Source of the DNA: the human T2T-CHM13v2.0 reference genome, Homo sapiens
DNA: 64,000 bases
Assembly (NCBI RefSeq): GCF_009914755.1
Contig: NC_060926.1
Strand: one strand, 5' to 3'
Within the stretch, counting starts at the first letter, position 1. Each line of letters begins with the position of its first letter. The position numbers and the translations under genes were made by a program. The notes beneath the pieces were generated by a model. It was not told the origin of the DNA, did not search any database, and worked only from the letters and a program-made list of their open reading frames with translations. Below, piece after piece: positions 15,318-32,399 of this stretch.

Positions 15318-15400
15318 CTGTACTTGGAGTCAGAAAACCTGAATTTGGTTCTTGGATCTGATATCCAAATTGATGATCTTAAGTAAGTTTTCTTATAAGT
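15318..15400 (+). mobile_element. MIR fragment
   Basis: TTGGAGTCAGAAAACCTGAATTTG...GATCTTAAGTAAGTT resembles the MIR tRNA-derived head. Confidence 0.45.
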
Positions 15401-15815
15401 CATCTTTATAACCATCTCATACCCTTTCTTTTGAAGATTAAAGACCCCTTGTAAAAGCTGTTGCTATTTTAAGTGTAAGGTGGTAGTATCAGGAATAGGA
15501 GTGAGCAAGAGGAATTTTTGTTAAAATGAGAGGAGTATTCAGATATTAAAACTGGTAAAATAAATTTCCATCTTTGGATGTGAACATACCTAAGTTCAAG
15601 TACAGGGTCTGCTACTCATTTGGGATTTTGAGAAACTGTGATAAAACTTTTCTATTTGGGGCCTGTAGCATTTCTCAATTCCTAAAATATGAAAGAAACT
15701 CACTAAAGGTGAGTAGCTGGGGGCTACTGTGGAAATTTTTCAGTCCGTTAGTATTGCTTACATTAGAATGCCTTTGCTGTCTTTAAAAAACAAGCAAACA
15801 AAAAACAAACCTTGG

Positions 15816-16136
15816 TTTTTATTTTATTTTATTTTATTTTTATTTTATTTTATTTTTATTTTGAGACAGAGTTTTGCTGTGTCACCCAGGCTGGAGTGCA
15901 ATCTCGGTTCATTGCAACCTCTGCCTCCCAGGCTCACGCAATTCTCCTGCCTCACACTCCTGAGTAGCTGGGATTACCGACACCCACCACCACGCCTGTT
16001 TAACTTTTGTATTTTCAGTAGAGATAGGGTTTCACCATATTGGCCTGGCTGGTCTGGAACTCATGACCTCAACTGAACCGCCCACCTCGGCCTCCCAAAG
16101 TGCTGGGATTACAGGCGCAAGCCACTGCTTCCGGCC
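15816..16136 (-). mobile_element. Alu (AluS) with (TTTTA)n tail
   Basis: Alu dimer ending CCGGCC at 16136, followed by an unrelated T-run. Confidence 0.9.
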
Positions 16137-18610
16137 TTTTTTTTTTTTTTTTTTTTTTGAGTTACAGGTTTTCCTAATGTTTCCAGAAAGTACAAGTTAA
16201 AACTAAGGAAAAAGAAGGGCTTTTAACAAGATTTTATACTTGAAGATGAAAGGTCAACCAGTCTTTTTTATTTCAGTACAATGAAAAACCCAGGAATATC
16301 AAAACAACGAGCATTATTCTCTGGTAAACACACTCACACCGGTTACCCTAATGCTCCCCAACAGTTAGAAGTTCCTTTTCTTCAAAAAATAAAAATCTCT
16401 GTTGCATGTACTCTTTCTTCCATTTTTGGTCTAAGCAGTTAATGCTTGGCTTTTGGGTGTCCTGCAATCAGAGATGTAGCTGGTAGGCGAAATGATCAGA
16501 GGTAGGAAATTGAGGAGAAGTGCTGCTACCGATAGTTTTGTTACCTCCCTCTTCTCACTCCCACACTTCTTGCTCTTGCCCTTCCAACTACATTGTGATT
16601 TTGCTCATTTTCTCTTAATTCCTCTTATTCTTATGTAAGTCATCTTTCTTTTGCTACTGTAGGTAATTCTTCTAATATATGTATTAATTTTTAAATAGGA
16701 AAACTATTGAATTTGTGTGTTAATTTTATATTCAGCCATCTTGGTGAATTTTATCTTGAATATAATGGAACACAATCTCTGGCTTTGGTGCACAGCAACA
16801 ACATTAAAACTCTGTACAAACAGAAATTATTTCAGTATGGTCACAAAAGGGATCTATGTTTCATTTAATGTTTTAAATTAAGAAATTTCAGATTTTATTT
16901 TACTTTTCTCTCACTTTGAGTTATCCAATGCCATCCCAAGTGACCCTCCGAGGTTGGTTATGCCAACATTCCTTATCCACTTCAAATTATTTTATGGTAG
17001 CAGCTCTTTGCTCACCTAGAATTTCACTACTAGTGAGTACTTGGTCTAAGGAAAGAATTATGAGGCTCCATTATCTCTCTGACATTATATAACAAGAACT
17101 TCCAATTTTTCCAAATCTCAATTCCTTTTAGCTACCTCAGCTTTTATTCAACACCAAATGCTGTACATTTCCCTGAAGTTCTATTTCCTACACCTAACTC
17201 GCTGGGACCGCTTTTATGAACCAAGATGATTTGCCAATAACAAAAACCAACTTAAGGAAAATTAAAACAAAAAGTAGATTTTATTGAAAAGATGCTAGGT
17301 ATCTCAGAATCAAAGGGTCATCAAATAAACAGGCTATAGGAAACATGGTAGTCAGTTACGGAGATTCTGCCTTTCTTTCTTTCTTCCTTCTTTCGTTCTT
17401 TCTCCTTTTCTCTCTTTTAGGGGTTAAATATTCATTTTCATCATCCAAATGCTTTCCTCTTGTGCCATTGCGGTCATTAACCTCCTCCTGTTCCCCATTC
17501 CCTGACAAACACTCATCTACTTTCTAACTCTAGCTTTTCATTTTCTAGACGTTCGTATGAAGGCAGTCATACAGTATATAGACTCTTGTGTCTGGATTAT
17601 TTCATTTAGCCTAATTCTTTTGAGATTCATCCATGTTGTTGCATCTATCAGTATTCCATTCATTTTAATTGCTGAGTAGTATTTCATTACATAAGTAAAT
17701 CACATTTTGTTTTTCTAATATATTCAAATTTGGAATGTTTCCAGTTTTTAGTTATTCTGAGTAAAGCTATTAGGAACATTTGAGTACAGTATTTTTGTGG
17801 GTTATGTTTTCATTTTTCCTGGGTAAACATCTGAAAGTTGGTTGATGTATAGTAAGTTCATTATATTTTTACCTATATAACAAACTGCCATACTAATTAC
17901 CAAAGGTGTTGTGTCATTTTGCACTCCAATGAGAAATATATGAAAATTCCACTTGTTTGACACTTGGTGTTGTTGGTCTTCTTTAATGTTAGCCATTCAA
18001 GTGTGTTCTAGTGGTATTTTCTTGTAGTTTTAGTTTGTATATCTCTAATGCTGAATAATGTTAAGCATCATTCGTGTGGCTATTAGTCATCTTTATATTT
18101 TCATTGGTGAAGTATCCAATCTTTGTTCTATTTTTTCAATGGTTTGTTAGTTTACATATCAAATGGTGAACATTTTTTACATATTCTAGTTAAAGGTCTT
18201 TTGACAGATTGTATGTTTTCCAAATATTTTCTTCCAAAATGTGGCTTGTCTTTTCATTTTTGTGTCTTTTTATTTGGATGAATTCCAACTTATCAGTCTC
18301 TTATTTTATTATCATGCTTTTTGAGTTCTCTTTAAAGATAATTTTGCCAACCTAAAGCCACTTAGCCTCTTTTTTATATTTCTTCCAGGAGGATTGCAGT
18401 TTTTGGTTTTGATATATTCACTTGATTTAATTTGGTGTATACACTGAGGTAAGGGTCACAGTTTATTTTTTAACAGAAATATAGAATTGTTTTAACAACA
18501 TATGTTGAAAATATTCATTACTTATTGAGTTACCTTTGTAGCTTTGTTGAAAATTGATTAATTTAATATACTGAGTTGATATCTAGATTCTCTATTTTGT
18601 CCCATTAAAC

Positions 18611-19147
18611 GTTGTTGGAAGACAGTTCTTTATGGATTTTTATGAGTTTCTTGAATTTTTGCACTTTCTTAAAAAGAAGTACTGACAACTTTCATTCCAG
18701 ACTATCTACAAATGTTGGTACAATGAATAGTCTTGAGAGACAGTGTTTTATTTTAGAACAAAAGGCTCTTTTTCGTTTTGTTTTGCTGTTCAGTATAACA
18801 AGATAATTTTCTCCCATCAAGGCAAACATTGCATTGGTTTGCTTTCAGCCTTGTATGAAAAATTAAGATTCCTAAGTGTGAGTTTCCCTTGTTGTGGTAC
18901 AAAAGCAGCACATTATCAGCATTCAATTATGCTCACCTGCCTCATCACCATGGGACTTGGAGTGCATGTTAAACCTCTGCAAATGTGAAACTCAAGATGC
19001 CTTCTGTGCTATGAAGGATAAGGCACCCCCTTTTTTTTTTTTTTTTGATAAAGGCTCATGTATTCTGTCAGCATCATTGAAACTGTGATAGGTTAACTTG
19101 TTTACTTGTAAACACAGTCAAAATTCAGATTTTTTGCAGTTCTAGAC
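18611..19147 (+). mobile_element. LTR40-like ERVL solo LTR
   Basis: TGTTGGAAGACAGTTCT..ATGG, ACTGACAACTTTCATTCCAGACTATCT, CAGCATCATTGAAACTGTG..AACTTGTT..CAGTTCT. Confidence 0.7.
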
Positions 19148-20326
19148 TATATATCTTATATGTATTATTTTGTTAATTACTATAGCATTATAAAAGCAAT
19201 AGCATATAAGATGAATGTTCCAACTTTATTTTTCTTTTTAAAAATTATATAGGTTATTGTAGGTTCTTTGCATTTCCATGTGAATCTTAGAATCAGCTTG
19301 TTAAGTTTTACCAAAAAGTCTTACTTGTGTTTTGATTTGGATTTTGTTGAATCTGCACATAAATTTAGAGAGAACTGACATTTTAACAATAGTGAATCCT
19401 TCAATCCTTGAATATAGCATATCTACCATATATTTAAGTCTTTTGAAATTTATCAAGAGCATTTTGTAGATTTCAATGTATAAAATTTCAATATTTTGTT
19501 AATCTTACTCCTGTACATTTCATACTTTGATGCTATTGTAAATAATATATTTTTAAATTTGAATTTCCGATTTGTTTACTACTAGTACATATATAGATAA
19601 TTGAGTTTTGTGTATTTACCTTGTATCCTGTTATCTTGCTTCATTTATAAAATTTTAGCAACTTTTCCATAGATTTCTTAAGATTTCCTAAGTGCATAGG
19701 CATGTCAAATGTGAATTAAGATAGTTTTGCTTCTTCTATTTCAAATTACATGCCTCTTATTTCTTTCTCTTATCTTATTCCATTGGCTAGGACTTGTAGA
19801 ACAACATTAAATGGAAGTGGAGTGAGCAGACATCTGAACCTTGTTCCCAATAGTAGGGGGAAATGATTTGACATTTTACCATTAATTAAAATGTTAGCTT
19901 TAGATTTTTAATAGATGTATTTTATGGCTTTGAGGGATTTGCTTTTAAGTTTTTCTTAGTGTTCTGTATTATGTTGAATTTTATCAAATAGCTTTTTGCA
20001 TCTATTGAAATTATTATATTAATTTTCCTTTGTAATATTTTAATATAATTTGAATTATAATAAGTGATTAAGTTTTACATTAACTTGGCAGGCATTCCTG
20101 TGATGCACTCTAGTTCTTCTTGTTGCACTTTATTTTTCCATATGTCTCGATTTTTCCTGAAATATGCTAAGGAATTTTTGCATCTATGTTCATGAAGAAT
20201 TTTGATCAGTAGTTTTCCTTTTGAATAACGTCTTTGGTTTTAATAACCGGATGATGCTGGCTTTATAAAATGGCTAGGAAATGCCCCATTTTTTTCTGTT
20301 TTCTGCAAAAGGTTGTAAGGATGTCT

Positions 20327-20852
20327 TTTTATTCTTCTTATTATTAACTTTTATTTTAAGTTCAGGTGTATGTGTGCAGGTTTGTTAAGCAGGTAAACTC
20401 ATGAAATGGGCATTTGTTGTACAGATTATTTCATCACCCAGGTATTAAGCCTAGTACCCATTAGTTATTTTCCCTGATCCTCTTCCTCCTAACACCCTCT
20501 ATCTTCTGGTAGGCCCCTGTGTCTGTTGTTCCTCTCTATGCATTCAGGTGTTCTTATCATTTAGCTCCCACACTCATAAGTGTCAACATGCAGCATTTGG
20601 TTTTCTGTTCCTACATTAGTTTGCTAATGATAATGGCCTCCGGCTCCATCCATGTTCTTGCAAAGGACATAATCATGTTCTTTTAAATGACTGCATAGTA
20701 TTCCATGGCACATATGTACCACATCTTTTTATCCAGTCTACCATTGATGGACATTTAGTTTGGTTCCATGTCTTTGCTATTGTGAATAGTGCTGCAATGA
20801 ATATACATATTCATGTGTCTTAACAATAGAATGATTTATAATCCTTTGTGTG
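20327..20852 (-). mobile_element. 5'-truncated L1PA (about PA13-15) 3' end with TSD
   Basis: TTTTAAGTTCAGG..GTACAGATTATTTCATCACCCAGGTATTAAGCCTAGTACCC. TSD AAGGATGTCT at 20317-20326 and 20855-20864. Confidence 0.88.
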
Positions 20853-21934
20853 TAAAGGATGTCTCATTATTTCTTTATTTAAAGTTTTGTAGAATTCACC
20901 AGTGAAGCTCTCTTGGTCTGGAAATTTTTTTTGGAGTAAAGATTTTAACTATACATTTAATTTCTTAAATAAATATGAAATTTTTAGGTTATTTATTTTA
21001 AATGAGCTTTAGTAGTGAGTAGTTTAAGAAATTTGCCAGTTTCTTTCTAATTATTAAAATTTATTGACATAAAGTTTTAGAAAATATCATATTATTGTTA
21101 TTTTAATATCTTTGGGATCAGTAGTGGTGACCCCTCTTTATTTCTGTGATTGGTAAATTGTTTATACTCCTTTTGCTTGATTATTCTAGTGAGAGGTTTA
21201 TCAAATTTATTTATCTTCTCAAAGAACCAGGTTTTTGTTTTATTTATTTTCTATGTTGTTTTTCTGTTTCTATTTCAATTTCTTCTGCTGTTTCTTAATG
21301 CCTTCCTTCTACATGTTTTGGGTTTTACTTGCTCTTATTTTTCTAGTTTCTTTAGGTAGAAACATCTAATAAGTAATTTCAGATACTCTAATTTTTAGAT
21401 TTAGTAGTTTGTTTTCAGGCCTTTTTCTTTCACTTCTTTCCTCTTCATTTTTGTAATTTATTCTAGCTTTTTGAACACATATAGAACATTCATAATAGTT
21501 GCTTTAACATGCTTCTCTGCTAATTCCAGAGTCTGTATTATTTAACCATCTGTTTAATTGATTGATATTTTCCCTCTGAATTAGGTCAAACTATATTTCT
21601 TTCAAATGTCAGACATTTTAATGTTTTATTTTTGTTTGCTACTTGAATTTGTTATATTATTCTAGATGTTGTTGGTTTTTGTTCTGAGACACAGTCAAAT
21701 TATTGTAATCAACTTAACTTCTTCAAGGCTTGCTTTTTATGTTTCATTAATTTCAAGGCAGCCTGCAGTGTAAGATTAAGTATAATTGTAATACAAAGGC
21801 AATACCATTCTCAAGACTCTACTCAATTCCAGATTTTAACAGTTCTTTCTATTTTGGCTGGTGAGAATAGTAACTATTTCAATCATATGTCATGGTTCAC
21901 CTTACACAATTATATGGATGGCTCCACCTACTAT

Positions 21935-24900
21935 TTTGTTTTCAACTTTTATTTTAGATTCAGGGGATACGTGTTCCGGTTGGTTACCTGGGTATATTGT
22001 GTGACACTGATGTTTGGAATATGAGTGATCCTGTCACTCAAGTACTGAGCATAGTACACAAAAGTTAGTTTTTCTGCTCTTATCCCCCTTTCTCCTAGCC
22101 CTCTAGTAGTCTTCAGTTTCTATTGCTGCCACCTTTTGTACCTGAGTACATTTAGCTCCCACTCATAAGTGAGATTATTTGGTATTTGGTTTTCTGTTCC
22201 TGCATTAATTCAGTTAAGATAATGGCATCTAGCTACATCCGTATTGCTTCAAAGGATATGATTTCCTTCCTTTTTATGACTGCATAGTATTCCATGGTTA
22301 TATGTACTACATTTTCTTTATTCAATCCATTGTTGATGGGCACCTAGGTTGATTCAATGTTTCGCTATTGTGAATAGTGCTGCGATGAACATATAAGTAC
22401 GTGTGTCTTTTTGGTGGAACAATTTGTTTTCTTTTGGGTAAACCCAGTGATGGGATTGCTGGGGTGAATAATTGTCATAAATTATCTTCCAAGTCTGATG
22501 TCCAAAATGACATTTCTGAGGTTTTCTTTTATAGGATTCTTATAGGATGAGGTCTTACATTTAAATCTTTAATCCATCTTGAGTTAATTTTTGCATACAG
22601 TGAAAGGTAGGGGTCCAGTTTCCTTATTCCTTATTATGGAATAAGGAATATAATCCAAGGAATAAGGAATATAATAAGGAGAATAATCCTTATTCTCCAG
22701 TTTCCTTATTCCTTATTATGACTAGCCAACTATCACAGCACCACTTATTGTATAGAAAAGTCTTCCCCTATTTCTTATTTTTGTTGACTTTGCTGAAGAT
22801 CAGATAGCTGTAGGTGTGTGGCTTTATATCTGTGTTTTCTATTATGTTCCCTTGGTCTATGCCTCTGATTTTGTATGAGTACCATGCTGTTTTGGTTACT
22901 GTAGCCTTATTGTATAGTTTGAAGTTAGGTAATGTAATGCCTCTGGCTTTGTTCTTTTTTACCTAGAATTGCTTTGGCTATTCAGACTCCTTTTTGGTTC
23001 TATATGAATTTTAGAATTGTTTTTTCTAGTTCTGTGAAAAATAATGTTGGTAGTTTGATAGGTATAGGACTGAATCTGCAGATTTCTTTGGGCTGTATGG
23101 CCATTCTAATGACATTGATTCTTCCAGCCCATGAGCATAAAATGTTTACTCATTTGTTTGTGTCATCCATGATGACTTTTAACAGTGTTTTGCAATTCTC
23201 CTTGTGGAGATCTTTCACCTCCTTGTTTAGATGTATTCCTAGGTATTTTAATTTTTTTGTGGCTATTGTAAATGGGATTGTGTCCTTGATTTGGCTCTCA
23301 GCTTGAAAGTTATTGGTGTATAAATAAGCTACCAATTTTTGTACATTGATTTTGTATCCAGACATTTTACTGAGTTTGTTTCTCAATTCCAGAAACCTTT
23401 TGGTGAAATTTTTAGGGTTTTCTAGGTATAAAATCATATTATCTACAAAAAGAAATAGTTTGACTCCTTCTTTTCCTATTCGTATGACTTTCATTTACTT
23501 CTATTGCCTAATTGCTCTGGCTAGCACTTCCAGTACTGCGTTGAACAGGAGTGGTGAGAGTGGGCATTCTTATCTTGTTCTCAAGGGAAATTCATCAAGT
23601 TTTTCCCATTCATTATTATATTGGCCAACAGTTTGTCATAAATTGATCTTATTTTAAGTTACGTTCTTTTGATGCCTAGTTTCTTGAGATGTTTTATCAT
23701 CAAGGAATGTTGCATCTTCTAAAAAGATTTTTTTTCACATCTATGAGATGGTCATTGGCTTTTGTTTTTAATTAGGTTTATGTGTTGAGTTACATTTATT
23801 TATTTGCCTATGTTGAATCAACCTTGCATCCTAGAAATGAAACCTACTTGATCATGGTGATTTAATTTTTTGATGTGCTGCTTGATTTGATTTCCTAGTA
23901 TTTTGTTGAGGACTTTCATATCTACGTTCATCAGAGATACTGGCCTGTGGTTTTATTTTTTCACGGTGTATTTGCTAGGTTTTGATATCAGGGTGATGCT
24001 AGCTTTATGCTATGAATTTGGGAGGAATCCTTCATATTTGTTTTTTTGGAATCGTTTCAGTAGAATTGTTTTTTGGAATCGTTTCAGTAGTATTGGTACC
24101 AGCACTTCTTTGCACATCTGGTAGAATTAAGCTACAAATCCATCTGGTCTGGGGCTTTTTTTTTTTTTTTTCTCCTGCAGGTAAGTGTTTTATTACTGCT
24201 TCAATTTTGGAACTAGATACTGCTCTGTTCAATATTTCAATTTCTTTCTGATTCATCCTTGGGAGACTGTGTTTCCAGGATTTTTTTTATTTCCTCTAGA
24301 TTTTCTAGTTTGTGTGCATACAGATGTTCATAATAGTCTCTGAGAATCTTTTGTATTTCTGTGAGATCAGTTGTAATGTCATCTTTGTCATTGCTTATTG
24401 TGATTATTTGGATCTTCTTTCTTTTCTCTTTGTTAATGTAGCTAGCAGTCTAGTGATATTGTTTACTCTTTCAAATAAACAACTTTTGGTTTTGTCGATT
24501 CTTTGCATGGATTTCTCAGTCTCAATTATGTTCAGTTTTATTCTGATTTTAGTTATTTCTTTTTTCTACTAGCTTTGTGGTTACTTTTTTATTGTCTTTC
24601 TAGGTCCTCAATGTGTCATGTTAGATAATTAATTTGAAAACTTTGTAACTTTTTGAGACAGGCTTTCCTCTTCACACTGTTTTTGCAGTATCACAGATAT
24701 TTTGGTATGTTGTGCTTCTCTTTGCATTTATTTCAAACAATTTTTTTGATTTCTTCCTTAATTTTGTTGCTTACTCATAAATCATTTAAAAGCAAGTTGT
24801 TTAATTTTCATGTAATTGTGCAGTTTTGAGAGATCTTCTTTGTATTGATTTCTATTTTTATTCCACCATAGTCTGACGGTATGGTTGTATGATTTCCAGT

Positions 24901-25720
24901 TTTTTGAATTTTTTGAGACGTGCGTTATGGATGAGCTTGTGATCAATCTTGGAGTATGTTCCATATTTAGTTGAAAATAATGTTTATTATGTGGTTGACT
25001 GGTGGAATATTGTGTAGCTGTCCATTAGGTCTAATTGGTTATGCACCAGAATTTTTTTGTTAGTTTTCTGCCTCAACTATCTGTTTAACACTGTCAATGG
25101 GGTGCTGAAGTCCTTTGCTACAATTGTGGGGCTGTCTAGGTTTTTGGAGGTCTAGACATACTTGTATTATGATCTGGGATCTTCAATGTTAGGTCCATAT
25201 AACTTTAGGACAATAAAGTCTTCTTGTTGAATTGAACCCCTTATCATTATGTTATGACCATCTTTGTCATTTTTTTATCATTATTTATTTAGGGTCTGTT
25301 TTATCTGATATAAAAATAGTTACCCCTGCTTTTTTTGTTGTTTTTCCTTTGCATGGTAGATCTTTCTCTAACTCTTTACTTTGCACCTGTTTGTTTTGAT
25401 ACATGTGGGATGAGTCTTTTGAAAACAGAAGATGAATGGGTATTATTTTTAAAGTCCAACTTGCTACTCTGTGCCTTTTAAGTGGAGCATTTAGACAATT
25501 TATATTCAAGGTTAATATTGACTTGTGAGGTTTTGATCCTATTGTGAGCATATCCATAGCTTAGTTCCCACTTGTAAGTGAGAAGATTTATTTGGTTCTT
25601 CATTACTGAGTTACTTCGGATAGAAGAATATAAATTCTTTTTTCTTTATTTTTGTCTGACTGGATTAGTTTGAAAGACTGGTCTTCAATCTCTGAAATTC
25701 TTTCTTCTACTTGGTCTACT
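21935..25720 (-). mobile_element. L1PA16/L1PB-like LINE-1 with internal deletions
   Basis: 3' UTR CAACTTTTATTTTAGATTCAGGGG. ORF2 fragments 23150-23494 and 25285-25557 (ILTLNINCLNAPLKRHR, endonuclease start). Jumps in the consensus near 22470 and 25550. Confidence 0.88.
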
Positions 25721-26774
25721 ACCTTTTTAATATGTGATAATTTGATGCAAAAATACCTAACATGGTAAAAAATATTTAAAATTTTTACGCTTTAAATACA
25801 AATGACATCAAGTTTGAAGTCAGAGACTTTAATAAGTAATGGATCTCTCTCTTCCTATTTGTATTATTTAGACAAGCTGATTAAATCATCATGATTGTGT
25901 TTACAGGTATTATTTGCTCTCTACTTAATCATAGGTAAAACCATAACTTGCTGTTTCTCAGTCCTTAAAAATCTAGACTCCAATAAAGACTACGGGTCTT
26001 CCTGAATTATTCTCTTCAGTATATAAACACACTTTTCTGTCTTCTGTTAAAAACAAACAACACTTTTGACCCCATCCATACTACTTTTGTTTCTGTTAAA
26101 ATAACAAAATTTTGAGAAAGTCCCACAGGCAGCCTCTGAAGGAGGGTGACAGGCCATCCCTCCTTTATCAAAGTGATAATTTTCTGGTGGTCTAGATAAA
26201 CATACATGTTTTTTATCAATTGAGAATATTAAATAGATTACAGAGTACCCAACTATGTAAAGCACTTGATTTCCTTCCACTAAAATATTATAACAGTGAA
26301 ATTTGTGTCTCTATTAATTTTATTGAAATGTATTTTGAATGAAACAAAATTTTCCCCTTTTTGAGTTTAATTCAATGTGAGACAGTTCTATTTTTCAAGG
26401 ATATTTTTACAATACACACCAATTAAATCTGACAGCTTATCGATAATGGGTTCTTGTGTGATAATAGCTCGGACATATATTACATTAAAAATACATTACG
26501 ATATAGAGTATAATAACAAGAACAATTTTTAATGTTAGAATGATTTCTGATTGTCTAGATTTTCCTTTTTATTATTATGCTTTATTTTGACAGAACTTAA
26601 AGTAGACAAAGATGAGAAATGCTGCTTTTATATCAGGAAACATTTTAATAGCTTGCTAATATTATAAACTACAAGTAAATGATTGGGTAAAAGTGCGAAG
26701 TCTTACTCCTAGTTTTTGAGAAATCTTGGTTAAAAGAAAGAAAGGGAAGTATAGTCCTCAGATATTGTTAACGG

Positions 26775-27005
26775 GTACTTACCTAATACTTGTTTATTTC
26801 AGCCACTGTTCTAATAGTTTTACAAATAACCCATGTAATCTCATTAATAATCCTTTGAGGTAGGGACTATTATTATACTTATTTTACAGGTAAGAAATAT
26901 GAGATACAAGGAAGTTACATAACTTGTCCAAAGCTAGAAGCAAAGTAGGTGGTAAAGCAAGGTTTGAATTGACTCAGCTTGGGTCCAGAGTTCATGTTCT
27001 TAACG
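26775..27005 (-). mobile_element. MIR
   Basis: TTTGAGGTAGGGACTATTATT...ATTTTACAGGTAAGAAA..GAAGTTACATAACTTGTCCAAAG core. Confidence 0.8.
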
Positions 27006-27384
27006 TTACACTTTCTTATCTTCATTCTAATTACCGTGCTTAGCCTTGCCTAAAAATTATCTCTTCATTTATTCCTTTACCAGAGACAATGTAAGTAGCC
27101 ACAGTTCTTTTCAGAGAGCTTTGAGAATTGATGGTATACTCACTATGTTGGTACAGTTGAGATCTTCCATTACAGAAATCTGGGAGTACATTACTGCTTT
27201 ATGAGATCTTTTCCGGTTTGCAAACTCATGGAGAGGAGGAAATTTGGGTTATCATCATTGTATTTATGTCATCTATTATAAGTACCTGATACTTTGAAAA
27301 AGCTCAATAAATTGATTCTTGGTGTCATAAATGACATTTACACCAGATCTCACTCTACATAATAATTCCTGTAGAAGTCATATA

Positions 27385-27742
27385 TGTTAGGTTATTCTAT
27401 GGTAACAAATATATCTTGAACTTCAAGGGCTTAAGACAATAAAGGTTTATATCTCACACAAAATTCAATGTGGATCAATGAGTCCTATATAACTGGAAGA
27501 TAGGAAATTTTGGAAAAATAGCCTCCAAAATTGCTGCATCAGAGTAGAGAGAGGGAGAATTGTTTATATAGTTTTTCAGGCCCAGGCCTGAAGTTCTCAT
27601 ATCACTACTACTCATATCCCATTGGCTAATTCTGAGTCATTTATACCTAATCTAACGTCAAGTGGGTCTGGGAAATGTAATCATCCTATGTGCTCAGAAA
27701 GAGAAAACTATGTGATGAATATTTAATACTGTCTATGTCAAA
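27385..27742 (-). mobile_element. Old MLT1 (K/L-like) LTR
   Basis: GGTAACAAA..GGCTTAAGACAATAAAGGTTTAT..CATATCCCATTGGC..CTGGGAAATGTA. Confidence 0.55.
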
Positions 27743-27859
27743 ATTCAAATTATCCTAGGTAGTAAATTGTGGAAAGCCAATCATGCCTGACTGAGATCCA
27801 ATTGTGTGTCTGACATGACTCATCAATTGCTGGGCAACCAATTTGGCAGAGACTTGCGG

Positions 27860-28255
27860 GGTTTTCTTGAATATCCAAGGTGCAACTTGATATGGCCCTG
27901 TAACTAAATTCTGACCAGTAGGCTATAAATGGAAATGCTCAGTACATCAACCAGGAAGTGTTATGAGTGATCCTGTGTCTTCCTGTTTTCTACTTACATT
28001 TGGCCATGATATAGATAAAACTGGGTGAGGCTATAGCAGCTGTCTTGGACCATTAGGTAACTTTGGGAATTGAAGCCAAATAAGGCAGAAGAATAACATA
28101 TAATAAGCGTGAGTCCTTGACAGCATGAAGCATCTTTACATCTCTAGTATTACTCTTTTGAATTTCTAAATATGAAAAAAATTTCTATTTTATTATGCCA
28201 ATGTTGTTTTCATTCTTTAGCTACTTTCAGTAAGACCTAATCATGGCTGATTCAG
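27860..28255 (+). mobile_element. LTR33-like / old ERVL LTR
   Basis: ATGGCCCTGTAACTAAATTCTGACCAGT..GCAGCTGTCTTGGACCAT..GAGTCCTTGA. Confidence 0.45.
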
Positions 28256-28354
28256 CAAGCAATCAAATAAAAAAAAAAAAATTTGACTTATATATAGATT
28301 TATATAATGTTTTCAAGCCACTCATTCATTAACAAGAGTGTCATTAAATTTTGC

Positions 28355-28512
28355 TTCAGACTAAAGTGTGATATATGGAGTCAAATTGTCTGAGTTAGAT
28401 GCCCGGTCTACTACTTTCTAGGTGAAGAACAATGGGCATGTTTTGTTGCATTTTAAAATTTCTATTACTTTTCTTTAAGCAATAATAATTGCAACTCACA
28501 TAATAGGCTTTT
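28355..28512 (+). mobile_element. MIR split by the young L1 (continues at about 31816-31900)
   Basis: GGAGTCAAATTGTCTGAGTT...ATAATAATTGCAACTCACATAATAGG, continuing after the L1 as AAGATCAAATAAGTTGATGCC..AAAGTGCT. Confidence 0.55.
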
Positions 28513-31816
<3,304 letters not shown>

Positions 31817-32253
31817 TAATAGGCTTTTATAAAGATCAAATAAGTTGATGCCTTTAAAGTGCTAGCCAGACTTATGAGCATAGACAAAGTAGTCCAAAAA
31901 TGTTACTCTATTTTCACAACAAATGGAGCAATGGCAATGTTTGTCAATATCCCTTCATTGATTTAAACCTTGTCTATTAATATAACAATGTTGAAATTGG
32001 AAAATTAACAGAGGGTTTTTAATAGGTAAATTTACTAATTATATATGGTCATTTTATGCTACTCAGTGTTATCTATACTACTACCTTTTGAAGTTTGAGG
32101 AGTGAATGCTGCCTCTCTTTACGTTTCAAAATTAGAAAAGTACATCCAACATATATGATGTCAAGTCAAAAGGATTAAGTTTAAATTTAAATTATCTAAT
32201 AGAGAAATTTGACCCCTGGAAATTTGTGTGTGTTTGTGTGTCATCTTATACAT

Positions 32254-32399
32254 TAGTGCTTCTTAAAAAGTGTGGTCTCAAGATCAGCAGCAACATCATT
32301 TGAGATATTATTGGATATCACTCCAGATTTACTGAAAGAGTAATCTGTTTCTTAAAAAGTCTGGTTATTCTAGTGCAGACTAAAGTTTGAGAACCACTA
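32254..32399. mobile_element. MER5A-like hAT-Charlie MITE
   Basis: AGTGCTTCTTAAAAAGTGTGGTC...TAAAGTTTGAGAACCACT terminal inverted motifs. Confidence 0.75.

Larger units (their letters stand above)
17430..21360 (-). mobile_element. Old L1 (L1MC/L1MD-like), interrupted by LTR40 and an L1PA fragment
   Basis: TTTTGAGATTCATCCATGTTGTTGCA...TTGCTGAGTAGTATT 3' region, with degenerate ORF2 downstream (AAATGGAAGTGGAGTGAGCAGACATC, TCTCAAAGAACCAG). Confidence 0.8.

Noticed and set aside
24038-24095. 27-bp tandem duplication TTTTTTGGAATCGTTTCAGTAG
   Set aside because: Two-copy slippage duplication inside an old L1. No spacers, so not CRISPR-like.
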